From assembly GCA_964035545.1 (NCBI GenBank), contig OZ037772.1, forward strand, positions 6,060,889-6,124,888: a stretch of DNA of 64,000 nucleotides. The letters run 5' to 3'. Under the pieces are notes generated by a model, which saw only the letters and a program-made list of their open reading frames with translations, had not been told where the DNA came from and did no database searches. The translations under genes were made by a program, and so were the position numbers. This DNA comes from Bugula neritina. Its lineage: Eukaryota; Animalia; Bryozoa. This document shows, in pieces, positions 55,101-64,000 of this stretch; positions within the stretch are counted from its first letter, which is position 1; the number at the start of each line of letters is the position of its first letter.

Positions 55101-56984
55101 TTTGGCTAAAAAGGTAATTTGTAATAGTACCAATTATGCACATACTGTAAATTTGTGAAATGCACAAGTTCCACCATGTTTGATTAAATGGTGAGCACAA
55201 CTCCCAACGATATTATTCTTGTAATGTTGGTGAAGCTAGGCAAAATGCTTAGATTGCTTGCAATCTATAAATAATCATTATGAATACAGTCTTTTAAGTT
55301 TTAAAGGCAACTATTGAAAAATAGTACTTTGCTTTTTTTCTCGTAGGTTATTGGTTATTGTAAAATAATTTTCGAGTTGATTGAAAACTTTACATGTTTA
55401 AATTGATCATCAAGGCACTTTATTACTGTAATATTTCATTTTTCCATTAAATTACTTGTGCCATTATTAGTTATTACCTATGCCCTTTTAGCCTGTGCCA
55501 GTTTCATTAGACAGAGTGCATGATTACCTATTTTGAATTGAAGTTTCCTACCTTCTTCGCAACATTTGTGCTGGTCATCATTACAGTAAAATTTACAATA
55601 AATTTTGGTTGCCTACTTACTCTTTAAAATCGCCTTAAATAACAACTTTGTTATAGTCTTTGATTTAATCAAATGTTATGTATACTAATTCATTGTTTGA
55701 ACATACATACTAAATAAAGGCAATCTTTCATGCTTTTATCTAGATATGCAGGTTGCACCTTTTCTTTGACAATGCAATTCTGTTTAATTGAACAAAAATC
55801 ATCAAGTTATGGCATAGTGGTTAGTAGATCATACATAAATTAAAAGTTTCGTACCCACTTTATAAAGCTTTATTGGATAAATAACTCCAAATTACTGCTA
55901 ATTTTTTCTAGAATAATTCAGACTATACCTCATCTTGTGTTTATTATAAAACAAGCAGTATGTGCGTGTAGATTATATCCGTTCATGCATGAATGTCACG
56001 ACACAGTGATTAACACATGCAATCAGCATAGTTGTGAACAAATTAATACTTACTAGATAATTTTAGAGAAAAAACTTGAATATGAATTTGGCACAATTTA
56101 TTTAACTCTGTGTGTATAATTGCTATTTATTCTTTAGTTACTGAAATATTAAATTTGCGACTTGGAGCCAAAGTCACTGATAAAATTTAAAGAAGGTTAA
56201 TTAAAACGACAGTATAACCTACATCAAATTGAAATTGTTTAATCATCTCCATAAATTTTATTCCTCAAATTATTCCAAGTTGCTGATTTTTCTCCAAGCA
56301 AGTAGTTTATATAATATAGAAATTTTATAGCTCGAATACTGTACACACGCGTAATTAATGTTTTCATGAACATAGTTATGCATTTTGCACCTAACTCCTT
56401 CAACCTATACCATTATAGCTTTTTTTCCAAAACATTCCTTTTTTGCCAGAAACTAGTTTGTTAAAATATATTTTAATTATTAGTTTAATCTGTGCATATT
56501 TTATTATTTGTAGGCTAAAAATAATAATTTCCCTTGAGCCATTCTCACACCTGTGATTACTTGATAAGAAAATTACCCAGGCTGTGCATCAAGAAGAAGC
56601 AATCTATACCTTGCTTTCATTGAATGATAGGAGTTTAGCTATTTCCATGTACTTGGCTATTTAGGTAAATTTATAGTCATACCAATGAAGTTATCTGTAA
56701 TTTACACACTGTATATGAGGGAATGCACAGGTGCCACTATGTGAACTTATTGATAGGTTGGTGAGCACAACTTTGATTATTTGAAGCTTGTAATGTTTGA
56801 AAGTAGTATTTAACACATCACCTCTTGCCTTATAATATTGACCAAACTTTTCAAAAAGTTTAAAGTTTTAGTTAATAAATAAAAATAAATAAGTTATGCA
56901 CTGATAATATTATTTAAAAAGTTAGGTCATTATATCAATAATTGTTTGAAAAGTGTAATATTTAGCAGTAAGTTATTGGAATTG

Positions 56985-58385
56985 AACTGGAAGTTGCTTA
57001 CCCATTTCCCCATTTTCTTGTTGGTCATTTTTATAGTAAAATGTGCATGAATTAGAAGTTGCCCACCTATTTTCACAAGTTTCCAATTATTAGTCATCTT
57101 TATAGAACAGTATGTATGAAGGTGAGGTCACCCACCTATGATCAGACATTATTTTAATAATCATTATAGCAAAATGTAGGTGAAGTTGCCTACCTATGTT
57201 CCAACTGTTTTGTTAGTCATCTTTTTAGTAAAACTAGCATAAAGTCAAGCTTGCACACCCAATTCCAAACACTATTGTTAGTCATTTTTATAGTTAAATG
57301 TACACAAAATTTATACTAAATTGAAGGTACCCACCAATCTCTGAACAATATTTTTTATATTTATAGTGAAATGTAAAATAATTAAAAATACCCACCAATA
57401 TCTGAACAGTCTTGCTTGCCATCTTTATAGTGAAATATACATAAAATTGAGGTTGTCCACCAATTTCTGAACACCCTTATTTGCCATCTGAATAGTGAAA
57501 TGTACATAAAATTGAAGTTGCCTACCCATTTTCCAACTTTCTGTTGGTCACTTTAATAGTGAAATGTACATAAACTTGAAGTTGCCCACCCATTTTCTAA
57601 TTTTATTGCTGGTCATCTATGGCAAAATGTTCATAAACTTGAAGTTGCTCACCCATTTTCCAATGTTCTGTTAGTCATTTTCATAGTAATATGTACATGA
57701 AATTGAAGTTGCCCACCCATTTAAAGTTTTTTGCTAGTCATGTTTATAATGAAATGTAAATACAATTGAAGTTGGCCAGTCAATTACCAACTTTCTTGTT
57801 TGTCATATTATTTTATGGTGAGATGTACATAAACTTGAAGTTGCCCACCCATTTCCTAATTTTATTGTTTGTCATATTTATGGCAAAATGTTCCTAAACT
57901 TGAAGTTGTCCATTCATTTTTCAATGTTCTGTTAGTCATTTTCATAGTAAAATGTACATGAAATTGAAGTTGCCCACCCATTTAACTTTTTTGCTAGTTG
58001 TTTATAGTGAAATGTAATTAATACAATTGAAGTTGGCCAGTCAATTACCAACTTTCCTGTTTGTCATATTATTTTATGGTGAAATGTACATAAAATTGAA
58101 GTTGTCCACGCATTTTCCAACTTTCTTGTTAGTCATTTTTATAATAAAATCTAAGTAAAATTGAAGTTGCCTGCCCATTTTAAGAACTGTCTTGTTTGCG
58201 ATCTTTATAGCAAAACTTACATAAACTTGAAGTTGTCACCTATTTCTGATCACCCTTGTTTGTCATTTTATAGTGAAATGCACATCAGGTCGAAGTTGCC
58301 TACCCATTTAGGAATACATCAAATTTTTTTGTCATCTTTATAGAAAAATAAACAAAAATTTGAATTTGCCCATCCATTTTCACAA
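56985..58385. repeat. Diverged ~60-bp minisatellite, about 23 copies
   Basis: Consensus about AAATTGAAGTTGCCCACCCATTTTCCAACTTTCTTGTTAGTCATTTTTATAGTGAAATGTACAT, with a recent multi-unit duplication around 57560-58090. Confidence 0.92.
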
Positions 58386-59189
58386 CATATTCTTAAACAC
58401 GACTTCATTTTACTACAGTTTATATATACATTTACATTGAATGTTTTTTTGTTTTTAGTCAGTATTCTTGTTGCTTTGTAGGTGGTCACCATCTTACTGT
58501 AAAGAGCAGCAAGACTTTGAAGCCTTAAATATATATTTTGAGGAAAAGAATGAGCAGACTGAATTCACAGTCTTCAGAAGCCTATATTCTGTAACATTAA
58601 GCCGGACCTCAATTTTGGATGAAGCTTAATAATTAGAAAGCTAAAATAACTTTAAATCTCCAAAGCGTAAATAAAGCTCATTGCTAATGTTCAGCTTTGG
58701 ATATAAAGGGTTTAGCGTTCTAAAATGATAATTTGTATTATTCCGTTTACTTGCTTATATACAGAAATGTTTTCTTTGTTGACTTTACTAAATAGCTATG
58801 TTTTGAATCAACATTTGTAAATTAGCTTTACTTTTTTGGCTGCTTAAACTTTTTGTGTATTTCTTAAGACCTGTTGCTATCTATAATTTTTGCATTAGCT
58901 CCAATATGAATTTATTTATCTACTTATTTAGCCACACTTTTTATATTTAATTTATTTTAGCTCATTTAAATTGCCAAATAAGTCTTTATATTAGGTTGCA
59001 CATGTTTTTTTAGTAACAATTATTTTTTGTAATTATTGCTCTTTACTTTTAAACAATAAAGTTATCAACACACAACATAAAACTTCCACTTGTATATATT
59101 ATACTGCTATATATATTTTAATATAGCAATGGTTATGTAAACCTTGCCAAATAATTATAATAACCTAAATTTGCAATGCTGCATAGAGT

Positions 59190-59640
59190 TTATACAACAT
59201 TATAATAACATTTATGAAAAGTTGTTTATAGAACGTTTTAGATAAAAAAGCTAAATAACATCTACATTTAAACATCTAGATAACGCTTGCTTTGCAACAT
59301 TATAAAAACGTTGCCGAAGCAATGTTATGGCAACGTTTGTATGACTTGTTTATGAAACGTTGGTAAAATAGTTTGCAGAAAACGTTGTTGCCTAAACGTT
59401 GTGCGAGACAAAGAGATACATTTAAATTTAAACATTTACGCAATGTTGGATCGCAACCTTTCACCAACGTTGTATGAAAAACATCTACACAACGTTATGC
59501 AACGCAACGTTTATGAAAGGTTGGTAAAACGTTCTGTGATAAACGTTTGTTTCAAACGTTGTATATAGTACAAAAATGTGTCGACATTTAAACATTTAAT
59601 AAACGTTTTTTCCAACGTTTATACAACGTCATATCAATGT
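59190..59640. repeat. Right subterminal array of AACGTT motifs
   Basis: Same motif family as 29240-30145, directly inside the right terminus. Confidence 0.85.
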
Positions 59641-59656
59641 AAATTGTTAGTGGGGG

Positions 59657-59693
59657 GGACAAGTCCCGAAACAGCTGTTGTCCACAGATTGAG

Positions 59694-59695
<2 letters not shown>
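59657..59695 (+). ncRNA. 3' half of hammerhead copy 2 (5' half at 29203-29224)
   Basis: GGACAAGTCCCGAAACAGCTGTTGTCCACAGATTGAGAT matches 28953-28991 with two substitutions. Confidence 0.85.
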
Positions 59696-59724
<29 letters not shown>

Positions 59725-59756
59725 AAGAAAAGAGCAATTTAATTAGATGTTATTTT

Positions 59757-59805
59757 ATTGCGCTTTTAATAGTTTCATGCCTCTTCGGCATTCCTCAGGC
59801 ACAAT
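59757..59805 (-). ncRNA. Degenerate minimal hammerhead ribozyme
   Basis: AUUGUGC-CUGAGGA-AUGCC gaaga GGCAU-GAAA-cuauuaaaa-GCGCAAU: 7-bp stem I, perfect 5-bp stem II and intact core, but stem III and the NUH triplet are lost. Confidence 0.6.
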
Positions 59806-60512
59806 ATTGGTGGATTTAAATTTTTACATTAAGAAAATCAACATGCTAAACACAACGTAAAACATAGCACAAATAATTATAGCAATGTCTTTGGTGTTAG
59901 CAAATATATAAAAAAACACACAATTTATAGCAAATATAGTTAGGTGGCTATACGCTGTAGGTATTTGGATGTTATTTATTATAGTACATAAAATATAAAA
60001 TGCAGTCTCTAGGTTTTATGGTTGCATTATAAGTAAGAATTTTTTTGAGTGTCAGCAGGTTGATAAGAGTTCGTTTCCCTTGTTTAAAGTACACATGTTA
60101 GGTTTGTATAAAATGAAACATTCCCATATAAATGTTGTAATAATTTATATTGCAAATTGTAATTGCAGAGGTATTTCACAATATTCTCAAATGATTACTT
60201 ATAAATTCCTTGCGGTGATAAATGTATCAATAGACTAAAGTTCTCTGATACTGTACAATCATCAGTCATTAATCATTTAGCTTGACTTGCTAGTATATGC
60301 TTAAAACTACTATCCATAGCTCGCATAATAAAATTGAAAATATTTTTTGCTTCACTGCCTAACAAGTAATTATAGAGGTTCCATACTATTTAACTGCTTC
60401 TCCGCCTATTGGCTTTCACTAGCGTTCAAAGTTAGCATTAGGGTTCTCAGACATTATGCTTTAAACAGAAAGTTAGAAAGAGCCTTTGTGGGCCAGCTAG
60501 TAGTCTGTGCAA

Positions 60513-63242
60513 ATGACATCTGGGTACTGCAAGCAAGATTCTAGTCAGGAGTTGTCTCCATTGATTGATAACTCTGAGAGAAATTTGAAAGACTCAAACA
60601 AACAGTCACAAAGTCAAGAAAAGTTAGAATTTTGTGGTAAATTGAAAGACTTTGGGCTATTGACTGTGGTTGTGTTACTTCAGGGTGTCGTAGTGTGTTC
60701 AGAGTCTTTTCTCTATCCTTTCTTCCCAGAAGAGGCTTTGAAGAGAGGTTTGACACAGACTCATATTGGAATAGTATTCTCAGCTTATGAATTAGGCAGG
60801 TTTATCACATCTGGCATTGCAGGAAGTCTGGTAGGTAAATTTATTGTATTTTGCTGCAAAGCCTTATCACATTTTTAAAAATTTATACCTATTTTTTCCC
60901 TATCTCTCCCTCATTCTCCCTCTCTCCCCCCCTCTCTCTTTTTCTTTCTTTCTATCTCTCTCATCCCCCTCTCTCTCTTTCTCTCTCTTTCTATCTCTCT
61001 CATCCCCCTCTCTCTCTTTCTCTCTCTTTCTATCTCTCTCACCCCCCTCTCTCTCTTTCTCTCTCTTTCTATCTCTCTCACCCCCCTCTCTCTCTTTCTC
61101 TCTTTTCTTTCTCTCCCTCTCCTTCTATATATATACCTTACCTCTAAAATATATAACAACCCTGACAAATTATTGTATGACACATACAAAGATATGCATT
61201 TAAGCTAAGTAAACTATCCACCTCCATATTGTCTTTAAGTCAATTATCAGATTTAGTAACTGCTTCATCAGTTGCACCATCTTACTAACATAGCAGATTA
61301 GGACTGTTTCATGCACGTACATATTAGTATTTTTTTAGCTTTTAAATAGTTTATATTCATCTGCTACATGATATCACATATATGATTCAGGTCGCAAAGG
61401 CCACCCCAAAAACTATGTTAATAATAGGAGGTGCTGTGTCTAGCGTTTGTAGCTTTCTTCTAGGGTGAGTATAACTTTAGCAAAATTGAAACTCAGTATC
61501 AATTATTTTTGGCAATTATACTAGAATGAAAAACATTTGTGCTTGTTTATTGAAATTAAATATTTTTGCAACTATCATTCTTATCTATTTGAACTGCTTT
61601 GTAGCCAATAAACTGTAGTATATACAGGCATATCTGGTTTACTGATGCGTGTGTATCTACTGAAGAAGCTACTATATAGAGGCTGCATGCAGAGCTCAAC
61701 AATAACTTAGTGTATAGTTACATTGCTATTAAGTATTATATTTATTATACCATGCAGCATAACATGTGAATAAGTCCAGAGCAATCGTGATTTGTCTGGT
61801 TATCGAATAACATCTTATGTGAGTTACATCTCAACAAAGCATTTGTAATCGTCTGTGGCTTTTAAACAGTTGTTGTCTCTTGCCAGGTTGTTTTACTATG
61901 TAGATGACAGGCTGTTCTTTGCTCTGAACGTCATAACAAGACTAATAGCTGGTTGTGGTATGTCTATAGTCGCTGTGTCTGGGTTGAGTCTCTTACTCAC
62001 GGCAACACAATTTCAGACTGGAACAGTTCTGGTAAATTTGACACAGCGTCTAAGTAACACATGTAATTTCTATTAGAAATAAATGTAGCTCAGCCGCTTT
62101 TGTTATTATAAGCTTAGATTACAATTATTATAATAAAAAAGCATTTTATATACGTAACCGTAACCATAGATTCAATTCCCAGTAAAACTAAATATTGGCG
62201 ATGTTATGAATACTATCTAATAATTATTGTTTCTGTGCCCTATGTGAATAATTTCTTTGCCTGATTTAACAAAAACTGGCCTTTCCATCAGGGGTTTCTT
62301 GTCGGGGTTGTGATTATAGAGTTGAGTAATTGAGCTTCTCTGATATATATATATAACAACCTTTCACTTGCAGCAATGATAACAAAAATTAACAACAGTG
62401 GTAAACAAAATCCAATTAGTTTTAATACCTTTTATAGTACCATTTATTAAACGTTCAAAGCAATCTCGCTACCATTAGCCTGTCAAATAGTTGGCATAAA
62501 GTTGAAATTAAAATACGAAGATGATAGGAATTTCCAGGACCGTTTTGATCTGCAAACAAATCTAATGGATATGCCAAGATTTTTTGATTAACTTGACTAG
62601 TGCTTTCAAGATAATTAATTTTAGATTTTGTTAACCAAATAGTGGTGACCTTCACAAGGACACACATCCTATCTTATTCATGATCTGGAAAGTTTAAGTT
62701 TGAAATATAATATAACTTCATACATCAAGTTATTCAAAGTTTGGTGTCGTGATGGCTAGACTAACTAAATTTTGTTAGGAAGTTGTTTTTATCAACACAA
62801 ACACAGGAATTTAAGTAGTTTCAACATTTGCATAAAGTAATCTTTCAAATGTTGACTTAATTTAATATTGATTAAATGCTCATTAAATCTCTCCTGTCTA
62901 TTCTAAGTACGTTACATTTACCTTTTTTAGAACTGTTGTCCTTTTAGTATGATAGTATTAATGTATCGCCAATATATGCAACATAGTACGATAACAAATA
63001 TTAGTTTTCATAAACTGCTACCTTATATTATTATATCAAATATATTCTTTAATGATTAAATGACGCATTATAGGCAGTATGTTTTCAGCATTGAATTATT
63101 TGGTCTTTGTAAGATTTTTGATCGTGATTTATGCTCATTTCCTTCAGTCATGTGTTCTATTTTTATCATGCAGAGCGTGGTGGAAGGAACAATAGGTGGT
63201 GCCTATGTCCTCGGTGCTACGGCTGGAATTGTCTTACAAAGT
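60513..63242 (+). CDS. SLC18B1: MFS transporter, SLC18B1 (vesicular polyamine/amine transporter)-like; first four exons, continues beyond the window
   Basis: Exons 60513-60830, 61391-61464, 61887-62031, 63174-63242 splice in frame. SFLYPFFPEEALKRGLTQTHIGIVFSAY, TPKTMLIIGG, RLIAGCG and VLSVVEGTIGGAYVLG parallel the SLC18B1 motifs PFFP.EA..KG...IG..F, KFM...G, R...G and LETF.G.G..LGP. Confidence 0.85.
60900..61125. repeat. CT-rich 39-bp tandem repeat in SLC18B1-like intron 1
   Basis: About 4 copies of CTCTCTCTTTCTATCTCTCTCATCCCCCTCTCTCTCTTT. Confidence 0.85.
62150..62325 (+). mobile_element. tRNA-derived SINE (family A), 5'-decayed
   Basis: GATTCAATTCCCAGTAAAAC..ATTGGCGATGTTA..TTGTTTCTGTGCC..CCTTTCCATCAGGGGTT aligns with 6180-6320. 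Confidence 0.55.
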
Positions 63243-63439
63243 GTGAGTAAAATTATATACAAAACCTTTACAAGTAAATCTAGTTCAAATTATTCTACAG
63301 TTTGGGCGTTTTCAAAAATTTGATATTAGTTTATTTTGAATAAATTGTTTAAGCTGTAAAACTATGGAGTGCCAAATGGTCAAAAATTTACTTATTATTC
63401 CATCTCATATGCTTATAATAAAGTATTTAGCCATTTTTC

Positions 63440-63630
63440 TCTGTCATATGCTCACAAACCCTCTCATAGGTCTATAATTTGCTTTCATATCCTTATTATT
63501 CATGTTCATAAGTCTATTATTTGGTCTCACACTGTTATTATTCATTCCCATACCCTTATTTCTCTATCTTTTATGCTCATTATTCAGTCCCATACCTCCA
63601 TTATGCACTCTCATACCCCTATTGTTTGCT
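63440..63630. repeat. Degenerate 21-bp repeat (ATTATTCATTCCCATACCCTT-like)
   Basis: About 8 imperfect copies; source of the His/Ile/Ser ORF 63369-63680. Confidence 0.6.
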
Positions 63631-64000
63631 CTGTTATAGTTGGTTTCATCCCAGATAGATGTTTCCCAGGTAGACTGTAGGCTAAATTTCCCACTTGGAC
63701 GTTTCCCAGTTAGACGCTATTTTTTATTTTGATACCGCAATAAAATTGTGTACACCCCTAGTAAACCTACAATCATCCTAATGTTTGCATACTTTTCTAT
63801 AAATAGCCAGTTGCTTTTTTTTTGTATTAAGTATAATCACCAGCCTCTAATGCATGCCTTTCTATTATTAGCTATAGTGGCTTTCTTACTGATTATGACA
63901 CGCTACTCCTACTTGTATTTCTGACTATCTAATTAATATGAGGTGAAAAAAGTATGTAGCTCGTATAACAAAGATAATCCTGCAACCACGGAACTGAAAC

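Larger units (their letters stand above)
29225..59656. mobile_element. Giant (~30.4 kb) CMC/EnSpm-type DNA transposon, apparently non-autonomous
   Basis: Ends CCCCCAACTAACAA (29225) and TTGTTAGTGGGGG (59656), probable 2-bp TSD GG, AACGTT-rich subterminal arrays at both ends, and flanks that rejoin into a contiguous hammerhead matching the uninterrupted copy at 28938-28990. The right boundary is uncertain by 1-2 nt within a G run. Confidence 0.85.

Noticed and set aside
60225-60270. Minus-strand hammerhead
   Set aside because: CUGAUGA is present, but GAAA is misplaced and stems I and II are unconvincing.
63640-63720. Start of a foldback/MULE-like element (repeated TTCCCAG.TAGAC)
   Set aside because: No partner end within the window.

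Overview
AT-rich, intron-rich animal genomic DNA, probably invertebrate; the species cannot be determined from the sequence. I spliced four genes by hand, all with GT-AG introns in consistent phase. (1) The 5' exons of an unidentified minus-strand gene (314-4907). (2) A complete 14-exon dopamine/tyramine beta-hydroxylase-family copper monooxygenase (+, 13648-21525, 592 aa). (3) A complete 6-exon glycine N-methyltransferase-like enzyme with a remodelled substrate pocket (-, 23076-26799, 307 aa). (4) The first four exons of an SLC18B1-like vesicular amine transporter (+, 60513 onward). The methyltransferase and transporter are separated almost entirely by one ~30.4-kb CMC/EnSpm-type transposon (29225-59656); removing it puts the three amine-related genes next to each other, a candidate biogenic-amine gene cluster. 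That transposon landed in stem II of a hammerhead ribozyme belonging to a 271-bp tandem retrozyme-like repeat, which is flanked by two further Penelope-type minimal hammerheads. Also present: a decayed R4/Dong retrotransposon nested in the giant element, tRNA-derived SINEs, MITEs and several minisatellites with traceable origins. All homology calls are from remembered family motifs; no database search was run.
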